This document shows positions 48,113 to 58,803 of a DNA stretch of 64,000 nt, in pieces. The translations under genes and the position numbers were made by a program. Source of the DNA: an uncultured Actinomycetes bacterium (lineage in GTDB: Bacteria; Actinomycetota; Actinomycetes; UBA12327). The stretch covers positions 13,287 to 77,286 of the forward strand of contig CAIXNN010000009.1 of assembly GCA_903920865.1 (NCBI GenBank), written 5' to 3'. Below the pieces are notes generated by a model. That model ran no database searches. It saw only the letters and a list, made by a program, of their open reading frames with translations, and was not told the DNA's origin. Within the stretch, counting starts at the first letter, position 1, and every line of letters begins with the position of its first letter.

Positions 48113-48841
48113 ATGAGTACTGAGCCTGGACCGATCGCACTCGTGGGCAGTGGCGAGTACTTGGAATCCATGCTTGATATTGAGCGCGAGTTGATCGCCG
48201 ACCGCCCGCCCCGTTATGTCCAACTCGCTACGGCAGCAGCTCCCGAAGGTCAAGCAAGCCTTGATCGCTGGCATGCATTAGGGGCAGCGCAGGCACAACG
48301 TTTGGGCGTTGAACAAGTCATCATCGATGTGCGAACAGCAGAAGATGCAAGCCAGAGCCGTTGGGTGTCGGCGATCGAAGGCGCAGGATTGATTTACCTC
48401 TCCGGTGGCAACCCGACTTACCTTGCTCAGACTTTGCGCGATTCACCTGTGTGGAACGCAATCGAGAATGCGTGGCGAGCAGGTTCAGCTCTTGCTGGTT
48501 GCAGTGCCGGCGCCATGGTGATGGCCCAACGCATCCCATCTCTTCGTCACCCCGTTGCTGGCGAGACCTCCGGTTTGGGCCTAGTGCCGCACCTTCGGGT
48601 CATTCCACATTTTGATCGGATGGCCGGTTGGATGCCCGAAGGTTTTTCCCGGTTGCTCATGCATGGATCCGATGATGTGACGTTGCTGGGGATTGATGAG
48701 GAAACGGCCCTGATTGGTGGGCCAACTCATTGGCGCGTTGCTGGTCATCGCAAGGTGTGGCGGCTGGATCGTTCTGGTCGGACGGGTTTTGCCGCCGGTG
48801 AGGTACTTGAACTGCCCGCTGGTTTGGGATCTGCCAACTAA
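48113..48841 (+). CDS. Peptidase S51 family protein (peptidase E/cyanophycinase-like)
   Basis: LIYLSGGNPTYL and the nucleophile elbow GCSAG. Confidence 0.55.
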   Translation: MSTEPGPIALVGSGEYLESMLDIERELIADRPPRYVQLATAAAPEGQASLDRWHALGAAQAQRLGVEQVIIDVRTAEDASQSRWVSAIEGAGLIYLSGGNPTYLAQTLRDSPVWNAIENAWRAGSALAGCSAGAMVMAQRIPSLRHPVAGETSGLGLVPHLRVIPHFDRMAGWMPEGFSRLLMHGSDDVTLLGIDEETALIGGPTHWRVAGHRKVWRLDRSGRTGFAAGEVLELPAGLGSAN

Positions 48842-48900
48842 CCCTGTCTTTAACACGCCCAGTGATCTGTTAAATGCCAAAGCAGTGGGAAGATCACACC

Positions 48901-50265
48901 ATGTCCTCAACCGTTGGCATTCCGGCCGATCTGAATGTGTTGGCTGCTCATGTGTGGCCCGCTGGCGTGCAGCGTTCGCCGGACACGGGTGTGGTGTCCA
49001 TGCACGGACACGATGTTCGCGAACTTGCTGAACAATTCGGGACGCCTGCTTATGTGCTGGATGAAATTGAATTTCGTGATCGGATTCGGTCCTGGAAGTC
49101 GGCCTTCGATGAGGCAACCAATTCAACTGCAAGTGTGTATTACGCAGGCAAAGCATTTTTATGTTCGGCGGTTGTTCGCTGGCTCGCCCAAGAAGGTGTC
49201 AACCTTGATGTGTGCACCGGCGGCGAGTTGGCGGTTGCTCTTCGCGCAGGGTTTGATCCGGCTGCAATTTTGATGCACGGCAATAACAAGTCGCAGGGCG
49301 AACTCACTCAGGCAGTTGAAGCCGGCGTCGGGCTGATTGTTCTTGATTCCTTTGAAGAAATCGCTCGTCTAGCGCATATTGCGGCGCAGGCAGGCAAAGT
49401 CCAAGCGGTATTGATCCGGGTCACGGTTGGTGTCGAGGCCCATACCCATGAGTACATCGCTACGGCTCATGAAGATCAGAAGTTTGGCTTCTCACTAGCC
49501 GGTGGCCAGGCATTGGAGGCCATTAAGCGAGTAAACAAGCTTTCGGCTTTGAGCTTGCAAGGTTTGCACTCACATATTGGAAGTCAAATCTTCAACACTT
49601 CAGGTTTTGAGGTTGCGGCGCATCGCTTAACTCAATTCTTGGTGCAAGTGCGCGATGAATGCTCCGTAGAGCTTCCAATGCTGGACTTAGGTGGGGGATT
49701 GGGTATCGCCTACACGCCAGATGATGATCCACTCGCACCACAGGTGATTGCACAGCAGCTGATCGGGATCGTGGCAGAGCAATGTCAAGTCAGCGGCTTG
49801 GCAATGCCCCGCATTGTTGTTGAACCAGGGCGGGCCATCGCAGGTCCAACCACCATGACCATTTATCAGGTCGGCACGATCAAGCCCATTGATCTTGATG
49901 GCATCACCCGCACCTTTGTCAGCGTTGATGGTGGCATGAGTGACAACATTCGGACAGCGCTCTATGACGCTGTGTACACATGTTCGTTGGTCTCGCGCGC
50001 AAGTGCGGCTGAACCGATGTTGGTTCGCGTCGTCGGTAAGCACTGCGAAACCGGTGACATCGTGGTGCGCGATGCATGGTTGCCCAGTGACCTAGCTCCG
50101 GGCGATTTGATCGCAGTTGCCGCCACTGGAGCTTATGGCCGCTCGATGGCCAGCAACTACAACCATGTGCCCCGACCACCCGTGGTGGCGGTGACCCCTG
50201 ATGCATCCCGCCTCATAGTGCGTCGCGAAAGTGTTGAAGACATCCTTGCTTTGGATGTTGACTGA
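48901..50265 (+). CDS. lysA: Diaminopimelate decarboxylase
   Basis: Collinear with mycobacterial LysA: YAGKAFLC (PLP-Lys), CTGGELAVAL, HGNNKS. ATG 48901 is preferred over 48874 because of a GGGAAG SD. Confidence 0.9.
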   Translation: MSSTVGIPADLNVLAAHVWPAGVQRSPDTGVVSMHGHDVRELAEQFGTPAYVLDEIEFRDRIRSWKSAFDEATNSTASVYYAGKAFLCSAVVRWLAQEGVNLDVCTGGELAVALRAGFDPAAILMHGNNKSQGELTQAVEAGVGLIVLDSFEEIARLAHIAAQAGKVQAVLIRVTVGVEAHTHEYIATAHEDQKFGFSLAGGQALEAIKRVNKLSALSLQGLHSHIGSQIFNTSGFEVAAHRLTQFLVQVRDECSVELPMLDLGGGLGIAYTPDDDPLAPQVIAQQLIGIVAEQCQVSGLAMPRIVVEPGRAIAGPTTMTIYQVGTIKPIDLDGITRTFVSVDGGMSDNIRTALYDAVYTCSLVSRASAAEPMLVRVVGKHCETGDIVVRDAWLPSDLAPGDLIAVAATGAYGRSMASNYNHVPRPPVVAVTPDASRLIVRRESVEDILALDVD

Positions 50266-50309
50266 AATCCTTGAGCCATTCGCATCCGTTCGTGCCGTAG
50301 TCTTAGCGG

Positions 50310-51590
50310 GTGGATCCTCTTCGGGTAGTTCTCTTAGGTTGCGGTGTTGTTGGCTCGCAGGTCGCTCGGCTGTTGCATGAAAATGCCAGTGACCTTGAGC
50401 AACGCGCCGGGGTGAGAATTGAACTAGCCGGCATTGCTGTGCATGACCTTGCTGTCGCACCGGATTCCTTGCCTCATGATTTGTTCGCCACAGATGCCAT
50501 TGAGTTAATGGCACGAATCAAGCCAGACATTGTTATTGAGTTGATCGGTGGCATTAATCCTGCGCGTGAATTCATTCTCGCTGCCATCGCTGGGGGAGCC
50601 AGCGTGGTCACGGCCAATAAGGCTTTGCTCGCCCACGATGGTGCAGCCTTGCACGATGCCGCTGCCCAACACGGCGTTGACCTGGCCTTTGAAGCCAGCG
50701 TTGGTGGTGCGATTCCGCTTCTTCGCCCACTCAAAGAATCCCTAGCTGGCGACAAGGTTGTTCGGGTTCTAGGAATTGTTAACGGGACTACCAATTACAT
50801 CTTGACTCGGATGGATGAGTCCGGAGCTGACTATTGGGATGCCTTGGCTGAAGCCCAGGCGCTCGGCTTTGCCGAAGCAGACCCAACGGCCGATGTTGAA
50901 GGTCACGACGCCGCCGCTAAGGCTGCGATTTTGGCTGGGCTGGCCTTCCATACCCGAGTCACCATCAACGATGTTCAGGCTGAGGGCATTTCCAAAATCA
51001 GTAAGGCCGACATCGACTCTGCTCGAGCCATGGGCCATGTCATTAAGTTGCTCGCCGTTGCTGAGCGAGCTGACGATGGCGGAATCGGCGTACGCGTGAA
51101 TCCAGCCATGGTTCCTCGGACTCACCCGTTGGCCAGTGTGCGCGAATCCTTCAATGCCGTTTTCGTTGAAGCAGAAGCGGCTGACCAATTGATGTTTTAT
51201 GGCCGCGGCGCTGGCGGCACCCCGACTGCCTCGGCAGTTCTAGGAGATGTCGTGGCACTTGCTCGTAACAAGGTGCAAGGCGCCCTCTCGCCAGGTGAAT
51301 CTGTGTATGCGCAGTTACCGATTTCACCAGCCGGTGCAGCACGCAGTAGGCACTACATCAGCATCGATGTTGACGATCGCGCCGGAGTGCTGGCTCAAGT
51401 GGCCAGCACCTTCGCCGAGCACAAGGTGTCAATCGAAACCTTGCGTCAGGATGGCCGCGGCGATGATGCGTCCTTGGTGATCGTGACTCACGTGGCGCGC
51501 ACCTGGGATGTTGTGGCCACAGTTGAGTCGCTTCGGGCCCTTGATGCTGTTCGAGATGTGGCCACTGTCATGCAAGTCGTTGGGGATTAG
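50310..51590 (+). CDS. hom: Homoserine dehydrogenase
   Basis: NAD-binding LLGCGVVGSQV, the catalytic domain, and a C-terminal ACT domain. Confidence 0.9.
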   Translation: MDPLRVVLLGCGVVGSQVARLLHENASDLEQRAGVRIELAGIAVHDLAVAPDSLPHDLFATDAIELMARIKPDIVIELIGGINPAREFILAAIAGGASVVTANKALLAHDGAALHDAAAQHGVDLAFEASVGGAIPLLRPLKESLAGDKVVRVLGIVNGTTNYILTRMDESGADYWDALAEAQALGFAEADPTADVEGHDAAAKAAILAGLAFHTRVTINDVQAEGISKISKADIDSARAMGHVIKLLAVAERADDGGIGVRVNPAMVPRTHPLASVRESFNAVFVEAEAADQLMFYGRGAGGTPTASAVLGDVVALARNKVQGALSPGESVYAQLPISPAGAARSRHYISIDVDDRAGVLAQVASTFAEHKVSIETLRQDGRGDDASLVIVTHVARTWDVVATVESLRALDAVRDVATVMQVVGD

Positions 51591-51599
51591 GCTTAGTCC

Positions 51600-52688
51600 A
51601 TGACTGCCACCCCCACTCGCACTCACGCATCTCCGCAATGGCGCGGGGTTATTGAGGAGTACCGCGACCGGATGCCGGTGACCGATAAGACGCCGATCAT
51701 CAGCTTGCGCGAAGGCGGCACCCCGCTGGTTCGCGCGAACGTGCTTTCTGAGTTGACCGGTTGCCAGGTTTGGCTCAAGGTCGAAGGCGCCAATCCGACC
51801 GGGTCGTTTAAAGACCGCGGTATGACGATGGCTATTAGCAAGGCTGCAGAGGCTGGTGCCCGAGCGGTGATTTGCGCATCGACCGGCAATACCAGTGCCA
51901 GCGCGGCTGCCTATGCAGTGCGGGCCGGCATGGTGTGTGCGGTTTTGGTGCCCCAAGGAAAGATTGCTCTGGGCAAGATGTCGCAAGCTTTGGCACACGG
52001 TGCTCGGTTGCTTCAGGTAGAGGGCAACTTTGACGACTGCCTCACGCTCGCTCGTGATTTGTCTGACCAGTATCCGGTGGCGTTGGTCAATAGCGTGAAC
52101 CCCGATCGCATTGAGGGACAAAAATCTGCTGCTTTTGAAATTGTGGACATGCTCGGCGATGCGCCAGAGATTCACTGCCTGCCGGTGGGTAACGCTGGAA
52201 ATATCACGGCGTACTGGAAAGGCTTTAGCGAATACGCCTTGGATGGTCTTGCATCTCGGCGACCACGGATGTGGGGTTTCCAGGCAGCTGGTGCTGCACC
52301 GATCGTCAATGGCGCCCCCGTTGCTAAGCCGTCCACTATTGCAACGGCCATTCGTATCGGTAACCCTGCCTCGTGGCAACAGGCGGAAGAAGCGCGCGAT
52401 GTCTCGGGTGGATTGATCCACGCCGTGACTGACCGCCAAATTCTCAACGCTTACCGTCTACTTGCTGCGCAAGAAGGCGTTTTCGTTGAACCAGCCTCAG
52501 CCGCCAGCGTTGCTGGACTGCTCCAAAGTTTGGAAGCCGGTTTGGTTGATCCTGGTCAAAGCATTGTCTGCACGGTTACCGGCAATGGTCTTAAGGACCC
52601 AGAGTGGGCCATTGCCGGAGCGCCAGCTCCGATCACCGTTGCCGTTGATGCGCGCGCAGCAGCTCTCCAACTTGGCTTAGTTGACTAA
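51600..52688 (+). CDS. thrC: Threonine synthase
   Basis: PLP-Lys motif [10 protein letters not shown]. Confidence 0.95.
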   Translation: MTATPTRTHASPQWRGVIEEYRDRMPVTDKTPIISLREGGTPLVRANVLSELTGCQVWLKVEGANPTGSFKDRGMTMAISKAAEAGARAVICASTGNTSASAAAYAVRAGMVCAVLVPQGKIALGKMSQALAHGARLLQVEGNFDDCLTLARDLSDQYPVALVNSVNPDRIEGQKSAAFEIVDMLGDAPEIHCLPVGNAGNITAYWKGFSEYALDGLASRRPRMWGFQAAGAAPIVNGAPVAKPSTIATAIRIGNPASWQQAEEARDVSGGLIHAVTDRQILNAYRLLAAQEGVFVEPASAASVAGLLQSLEAGLVDPGQSIVCTVTGNGLKDPEWAIAGAPAPITVAVDARAAALQLGLVD

Positions 52689-53598
52689 ACCGATGGCCTT
52701 TTGGGAACAACCGGTCACGGTTCGAGTACCTGCGACCTCGGCCAACTTGGGTCCGGGATTCGACTCTATGGGCCTGGCCCTTGAACTCTTTGATGAAGTC
52801 AGCGCAGTTGTCACCTCTGGTGTGGGAACAATCGTGGTTGAGGGTGAAGGCGCAGGCGAACTTGCCCTTGATGATTCGCACCTAGTGATTGCCACGATGC
52901 ACAAGACCTTTGCCGCGATGAACATCGCTGCGCCCATTGTTGGCCTGCATTGTGTGAATGCCATTCCGCAAGCCCGTGGTCTGGGTTCTTCCTCTGCAGC
53001 CATTGTTGCCGGCGCATTGCTTGCTCGGGGCCTAGTAGTTGACGGTGATCAATTGCTGTCGGATCAGGACTTGCTGCAGTTTGTGGTTGATCTTGAAGGC
53101 CACCCTGACAATGTCGCGCCTTGTCTGCTCGGTGGGTTAGTGCTTTCCTGGGGAAACCCTGTTCATTCATTGAATCGGCAGATCCACGAATCAATCAAGC
53201 CGACCGTCTTTATCTCCGCATTCAATGTCAAGACCGAACATGCACGCGCAATTTTGCCTGACCACATCTGGCATCACGATGCAGCAATGAACTCTGCTCG
53301 AGCAGCGTTATTGATGGATGCACTTACCCGCGATCCGTCAAACCTGTTTGACGCCACCGTGGATTACCTTCACCAAGAGCAACGCAGGCCAGCCATGCCA
53401 GCCTCGGTTGAATTGATGGATCGCCTTCGGCTAGCCGGTGTGCCAGCCACGATTAGTGGAGCTGGACCCAGTGTTCTTGCCTTGGCTGTGAGCGCAGAGC
53501 ACGAAACAGCCATAGCTCAGATCGCATCGGCAAGTCCTGACTTCAGTGCCTTGGCATTGCCGGTAAGCCCCGCCGGCGCAGCGATCATTTCCGGTTAA
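52681..53598 (+). CDS. thrB: Homoserine kinase
   Basis: GHMP kinase motif PxGSGLGSSSA. Alternative ATG at 52693. Overlaps the thrC stop. Confidence 0.9.
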   Translation: MTKPMAFWEQPVTVRVPATSANLGPGFDSMGLALELFDEVSAVVTSGVGTIVVEGEGAGELALDDSHLVIATMHKTFAAMNIAAPIVGLHCVNAIPQARGLGSSSAAIVAGALLARGLVVDGDQLLSDQDLLQFVVDLEGHPDNVAPCLLGGLVLSWGNPVHSLNRQIHESIKPTVFISAFNVKTEHARAILPDHIWHHDAAMNSARAALLMDALTRDPSNLFDATVDYLHQEQRRPAMPASVELMDRLRLAGVPATISGAGPSVLALAVSAEHETAIAQIASASPDFSALALPVSPAGAAIISG

Positions 53599-53865
53599 TT
53601 TCCCCCGTTTTGCCCCTTTGGCCACCCCCGCCGCCATGGCGTGTTATGGTTCAAACATCGCGTTCAGGTCAATTGAAATTTCTGATATGGCCCGCTCATC
53701 AAGCTAAAACTTCCCTTTTCTACCGATGAGCTTAGAACGGATACTCCACCGCATAGTTGTTCTTGGCTTGCGGTTTCCACTCACTAGTTTCTCGCACGGT
53801 GAGTGCCTCACAGCACCTTTGTCAGGCCGATTCGTAGGGGAAACAAAAATTCGAAAGGGTCATAA

Positions 53866-55665
53866 GTGGCCAACACATCTAAATCTGATGGTCTCTCCAC
53901 GATGTTGCTGCCCGAGCTCAAAACGCTCGCGGGCAAACTCGGGATTTCTGGAGCCTCAGCCATGCGTAAGGGCGATCTAGTTTCTGCAATTGCGAAGCAT
54001 CAGGGCGCCAAGTCAAAATCATCTGCATCATCAAAATCGACTGCTTCGGCAGAATCCTCAGCGTCCTCCACAACCGCCACCCGGACTCGACGCACGAGTT
54101 CGCGTGCGGCCGGGGCATCGGACACGTCAGAATCGGCCCCCAAATCCGAGAGCGAATCAACTTCGGCAGCTGCGGCTACCGATTCGTCGCCATCCTCGGG
54201 CTCGACTGGTTCAGAGCGATACAACCGTAATAACCGGGATCGCAACAACCGCGATAACAACCGGGACAGCAACCGGGACAGCAACCGGGATAACAACCGG
54301 GATAACAACCGGGATAACAACCGGGACAGCAACCGGGATAACAACCGGGATAACAGCCGGGATAACAACCGGGACCGTCAGGGTGGGAGCTACAACCGCA
54401 ACGATGCCGATAGTCGCCGCCGTCGTGGTCGCGATCGCTTCCGCGATAACCGTTCGCCCCGAGGCCCACGCCGTGAATTTGGAGATTCCGAACCCGAAAT
54501 TTCAGAAGATGATGTTCTGCTCCCAGTAGCGGGCATCCTCGATGTCTTGGACAACTACGCATTTGTTCGGACCTCTGGTTACCTACCTGGTCCCAACGAC
54601 ATCTACGTCAGCTTGTCAATGGTTCGTCGATTTGGCCTGCGTAAGGGTGATGCCATCACCGGCGTTGTTCGCCAACAAGTTGAGGGTGAGCGTCGCGACA
54701 AGTTCAATGCCATCGCTCGCATTGACTCGGTTAATGGCGTTGAACCGGATTTGGCCAAGAACCGTATTGAGTTCAGCAAGCTCACGCCGCTCTACCCGCA
54801 AGAGCGTTTGCGCCTCGAGGGCGAGGGCGAGCCTGGGAACATGACCGCACGTGTCATTGACCTTGTTGCCCCTATCGGTAAGGGTCAGCGTGGATTGATC
54901 GTCTCCCCACCCAAGGCGGGTAAGACGATGGTGCTGCAGGCCATTGCCAATGCGATCAGCGTTAATAATCCTGAGTGTCACTTGATGGTGGTTTTGGTGG
55001 ACGAGCGTCCAGAAGAAGTTACCGACATGCAGCGCTCGGTAAAGGGTGAAGTTATTTCCTCCACCTTTGACCGTCCGGCTGAAGATCACACCATCGTTGC
55101 TGAGTTGGCCATTGAGCGCGCTAAGCGCCTAGTGGAGCTTGGCCATGACGTGGTCGTCCTGCTGGACTCGATGACTCGGTTGGGGCGCGCCTACAACCTG
55201 GCCGCTCCCGCCAGTGGTCGAATCCTCTCCGGTGGTGTGGACTCGGCTGCTTTGTATCCGCCAAAGAAATTCTTCGGTGCCGCTCGCAACATCGAAAATG
55301 GTGGTTCGTTGACAATCTTGGCCACGGCCTTGGTTGACACCGGATCGCGAATGGACGAAGTGATCTTCGAAGAGTTCAAGGGCACCGGAAACATGGAGCT
55401 CAAACTTGACCGTCGCTTGGCCGATAAGCGCATCTTCCCCGCCGTTGATGTCGATGCGTCGGGAACGCGTAAGGAAGAAATCTTGTTGGCTCCCGACGAG
55501 CTCAAAGTCACCTGGAAGCTTCGTCGAGTCCTGCATTCCTTGGATCAGCAGCAGGCCATTGAGTTGTTGCTCAGCCGATTGCGTGAGGCCAAGACCAACT
55601 ATGACTTCTTGCTTCAGGTACAAAAGACGACTCCGGCTGGTCCTGGGCAGTCGGACGAGGACTAA
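53866..55665 (+). CDS. rho: Transcription termination factor Rho with an N/R/D/S-rich N-terminal insertion
   Basis: Rho N-terminal domain, a roughly 200-aa hydrophilic insert, an RNA-binding OB domain, then the RecA-like ATPase (GKGQRGLIVSPPKAGKT). Confidence 0.95.
   Translation: MANTSKSDGLSTMLLPELKTLAGKLGISGASAMRKGDLVSAIAKHQGAKSKSSASSKSTASAESSASSTTATRTRRTSSRAAGASDTSESAPKSESESTSAAAATDSSPSSGSTGSERYNRNNRDRNNRDNNRDSNRDSNRDNNRDNNRDNNRDSNRDNNRDNSRDNNRDRQGGSYNRNDADSRRRRGRDRFRDNRSPRGPRREFGDSEPEISEDDVLLPVAGILDVLDNYAFVRTSGYLPGPNDIYVSLSMVRRFGLRKGDAITGVVRQQVEGERRDKFNAIARIDSVNGVEPDLAKNRIEFSKLTPLYPQERLRLEGEGEPGNMTARVIDLVAPIGKGQRGLIVSPPKAGKTMVLQAIANAISVNNPECHLMVVLVDERPEEVTDMQRSVKGEVISSTFDRPAEDHTIVAELAIERAKRLVELGHDVVVLLDSMTRLGRAYNLAAPASGRILSGGVDSAALYPPKKFFGAARNIENGGSLTILATALVDTGSRMDEVIFEEFKGTGNMELKLDRRLADKRIFPAVDVDASGTRKEEILLAPDELKVTWKLRRVLHSLDQQQAIELLLSRLREAKTNYDFLLQVQKTTPAGPGQSDED
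54226..54378 (+). repeat. In-frame 15-bp tandem repeat, about 10 copies, consensus AACCGGGATAACAAC, encoding NRD(N/S)N units inside rho
   Basis: Direct tandem copies visible at 54226-54378, with variants gataacaac and gacagcaac. Located in the Rho N-terminal insertion. Confidence 0.9.
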
Positions 55666-55777
55666 AGCGTTTTTAGCCCGCTGGTCATAGGCCATACAAC
55701 GGCTGGCACAATATGAACAGTTCCGGTTCACGGTCTGCGCCCCTGCACGATCGATCCGGAACCTTGATAGGAGAGTC

Positions 55778-55993
55778 ATGAAGAACGACATTCACCCTGC
55801 GTATTCGCAAACAACGGTCACCTGTACCTGTGGGGCAACGTTTGAAACCCGCAGCACGGCCGACAATGGCGTGATTCATGCTGATGTCTGCAGCCAGTGC
55901 CACCCGTTCTACACCGGCAAGCAGAAGATTTTGGACACCGGTGGTCGCGTTGCCCGCTTCGAGAAGCGTTTCGGCAAAGCCCCCAGCGAGTAG
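55778..55993 (+). CDS. rpmE: 50S ribosomal protein L31 (zinc-binding C+ form)
   Basis: MKNDIHPAY...CTCG...[13 protein letters not shown]. Confidence 0.95.
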   Translation: MKNDIHPAYSQTTVTCTCGATFETRSTADNGVIHADVCSQCHPFYTGKQKILDTGGRVARFEKRFGKAPSE

Positions 55994-56088
55994 ATTGTCT
56001 GCAGCGCCGGATGCCCGTGGAATCACGGCGCATCCGGCGCTGTTGTTTTGTCCGATGATTATCCTCAGAAACGTGGGAGGTGAGCGCA

Positions 56089-57159
56089 ATGTTTGATCAC
56101 ATTGAAGAACTAGTTGTTGAACATGCTGAACTTGAGCGCGCTATCGCCGACCCTTCCGTTCATGCTGATCAAGGAAAAGCCAGAACCTTGAATCGTCGTT
56201 ATGCCGAACTGACTCCGATCGTGCGAGCCTTCAAGCAGTGGAAGCAACTGGGCGAAGACATCGTTGCTGCACAGGAATTCGTGGCAGAGGACGCATCCTT
56301 TCGCGAGGAGATTATTTCCCTGAATGCACAACGCGAAGAGCTCGAAGGTCAACTTCGCGAATTGCTCATTCCGCGTGATCCTGATGATGATCGGGATGTC
56401 ATCGTTGAGGTCAAAGCTGGCGAAGGTGGCGATGAGTCTGCCCTGTTTGCGGGGGATCTGGTTCGGATGTACCTGCGCTATGCCGAGCGTCGTGGCTGGA
56501 AGACGGAGATCATTGACGCCGTTGAGTCTGACCTCGGCGGGTATAAAGACATTTCCATTGCCGTGAAATCCAAAGGCATCGCAGAGTTAGGCCAAGGCCC
56601 TTGGGCGCGGTTGAAGTATGAAGGTGGAGTGCACCGAGTGCAGCGAGTTCCGGTGACCGAATCTCAAGGTCGCCTGCACACCTCAGCCGCTGGCGTCTTA
56701 GTCCTGCCCGAAGCTGAAGATGTTGAAATCACCATCGACCCCAACGATCTGCGCATTGATGTCTATCGATCGTCGGGACCTGGCGGTCAGAGCGTGAACA
56801 CCACAGATTCTGCAGTTCGCATTACCCACGTGCCGACCGGGATTGTGGCCAGTTGCCAGAATGAAAAGTCACAATTACAAAACCGTGAGCAGGCGATGCG
56901 TATTTTGCGCGCCCGATTGCTGGCAGCTGCCCAAGAAACCGCAGACAAAGAAGCCTCCGATGTTCGCCGATCTCAAGTGCGCACCGTCGATCGCTCGGAA
57001 CGCATTCGCACCTACAACTATCCGGAAAATCGGATCAGTGATCACCGGGTCAACTACAAGTCATACAACTTGGACCAGATACTCGACGGTGACCTTGATG
57101 CAGTAGTTCAGGCATGTCTTGATGCCGACAACGCTGCTCGATTGTCTGGTCAGAGCTGA
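56089..57159 (+). CDS. prfA: Peptide chain release factor 1
   Basis: GGQ motif SGPGGQSVN and PxT-type decoding region. GGGAGGTG SD before ATG 56089. Confidence 0.95.
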   Translation: MFDHIEELVVEHAELERAIADPSVHADQGKARTLNRRYAELTPIVRAFKQWKQLGEDIVAAQEFVAEDASFREEIISLNAQREELEGQLRELLIPRDPDDDRDVIVEVKAGEGGDESALFAGDLVRMYLRYAERRGWKTEIIDAVESDLGGYKDISIAVKSKGIAELGQGPWARLKYEGGVHRVQRVPVTESQGRLHTSAAGVLVLPEAEDVEITIDPNDLRIDVYRSSGPGGQSVNTTDSAVRITHVPTGIVASCQNEKSQLQNREQAMRILRARLLAAAQETADKEASDVRRSQVRTVDRSERIRTYNYPENRISDHRVNYKSYNLDQILDGDLDAVVQACLDADNAARLSGQS

Positions 57160-57161
57160 AT

Positions 57162-58049
57162 ATGAGTACAGCCGAGCTAAGCCTGAATTCGGTGTTGCGA
57201 GACTGTGAGAAAAGGCTCGCTCAAGCCGGAATCGAGTCAGCTCGCCACGACAGCGAGGTTCTGGTCAGTTTTGTATTGGATGCCGAACGCTCCGCGATTC
57301 GAACCTGGTTGGCCTTGGATGTGAGTTTGACGCAGGAACAAGTTGACGCTGTTCTGGTCCTGGTCGATCGTCGAGCGCAGCGGGTTCCCCTGCAACACAT
57401 CACTGGGACGGCAGCATTTGCCACCATTGAGTTATCGGTTGGGCCCGGGGTCTTCACTCCGCGACCTGAATCAGAATTGCTCGTTGAGCGCGCGAATGCG
57501 CACCTGCGTGAGCTCGTTGATCCCTTGGTCGTGGACTTGTGTAGCGGCTCTGGGGCCATCGGATTAGCTATTGCGCAGATGAATCCCACAGCACGCGTGG
57601 AGTTAGTGGAACTCGATGACGATGCTTACCTATGGTTGCAAAAGAATGTGGAACTGTTGAACCTCGGTTCGCGGGTGCGAGCCCATCACGCTGATGCTGT
57701 TCTCGCCTTGCCAGAACTTGAGTCGGCAGTAGATGTTGTGGTGTGCAATCCGCCCTATGTTCCGCTGGGGGCAACAATTCGAGATCGCGAAGTTCTTGAC
57801 TTCGATCCCCCCTTGGCCCTGTGGGGCGGCAGCGATGGCTTAGAGGTCATCAGGGGCATTCAAGCCAATGCGGCCCGCTTACTTAAACCAGGCGGATTGG
57901 TCGTAATTGAGCATGCCGATGTGCAGGGGGAGTCCTTGCCGCTTTTGCTGGCCAGTGCGCGCAACGCAAGCGGCGCAGCGTGGAGTCAGATCATGGATCA
58001 TCGCGACTTCAATGATCGTCCCCGCTACACGACCGCGGTTGCGAGCTGA
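57162..58049 (+). CDS. prmC: Release factor glutamine N5-methyltransferase
   Basis: NPPY motif (VVCNPPYVP) and SAM motif DLCSGSGAIG. Confidence 0.9.
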   Translation: MSTAELSLNSVLRDCEKRLAQAGIESARHDSEVLVSFVLDAERSAIRTWLALDVSLTQEQVDAVLVLVDRRAQRVPLQHITGTAAFATIELSVGPGVFTPRPESELLVERANAHLRELVDPLVVDLCSGSGAIGLAIAQMNPTARVELVELDDDAYLWLQKNVELLNLGSRVRAHHADAVLALPELESAVDVVVCNPPYVPLGATIRDREVLDFDPPLALWGGSDGLEVIRGIQANAARLLKPGGLVVIEHADVQGESLPLLLASARNASGAAWSQIMDHRDFNDRPRYTTAVAS

Positions 58050-58054
58050 GATTG

Positions 58055-58708
58055 ATGACTAATGTTTATCGATGTTCTGACCGGCAAGAGCGCGAGCGCG
58101 CCTTGGGATTGGCCGCAACATTAATCAATCGTGGTGGGGTGGTGCTGGCTCCTGCCGATAGCAGCTATGCGCTTATCGCCGACGCTTTTAATCCAGATGC
58201 AGTCGGTGAATTACTTAAGCTCAAAGGTCGAGATCGCAGCAGTGTAGTTCCGGTGCTCGTTGCTTCCTCGACAACTGTTTCTGGGCTTGTCTATGAGATG
58301 GATAGCAATGCCCACCTACTGATGGATGCATTTTGGCCCGGTGAGTTGACTCTGATTCTTCGTAGTGCCCCAACGCTTGCTTGGGATCTTGGTGCAACCT
58401 TGGGGACGGTCAGCGTGCGGATGCCAAGCAGCGCGCTTTTGCTGGAATTGTTAGAGCGCACCGGACCGGTTGCCGCCATGAGTGCAAATCGATTAGGGCT
58501 GCCTGCTCCAACATCGCTAGCCCAGGCAGAGCAGGTACTTGGCGAGCTTGAGTCGTTGGATTTGATCTTGGATGATGGTGAATTAACTCCATCTCCACCA
58601 AGTTCAATTGTTGATCTCACTAGTTCAACACCGACGCTGGTTCGCGCTGGTGGCGTCACTGTAGACCAGATCCGAGCAGTGATTAGTGACCTGGTGGTAC
58701 TGGAGTGA
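58055..58708 (+). CDS. L-threonylcarbamoyladenylate synthase (YrdC/TsaC/Sua5 family)
   Basis: YrdC fold with conserved KxR...SxN segments. Positioned as Rv1301 in the rho-prfA-hemK block. Confidence 0.75.
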   Translation: MTNVYRCSDRQERERALGLAATLINRGGVVLAPADSSYALIADAFNPDAVGELLKLKGRDRSSVVPVLVASSTTVSGLVYEMDSNAHLLMDAFWPGELTLILRSAPTLAWDLGATLGTVSVRMPSSALLLELLERTGPVAAMSANRLGLPAPTSLAQAEQVLGELESLDLILDDGELTPSPPSSIVDLTSSTPTLVRAGGVTVDQIRAVISDLVVLE

Positions 58709-58803
58709 GTGGTGTGATTAAGACGACGTTGCCGGTTCATGCTCTTACTTCGCCTACGTCCTAGACTCACATTTACGCTCACTCACACGTCATTGGAGTT
58801 CAC

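Noticed and set aside
55666-55777. Inverted repeat GTTCCGG...CCGGAAC upstream of rpmE as a Zur box or autoregulatory structure
   Set aside because: Arms only 7 bp with a 30-nt loop. The encoded L31 is the zinc-binding C+ form, which is not normally Zur-regulated.
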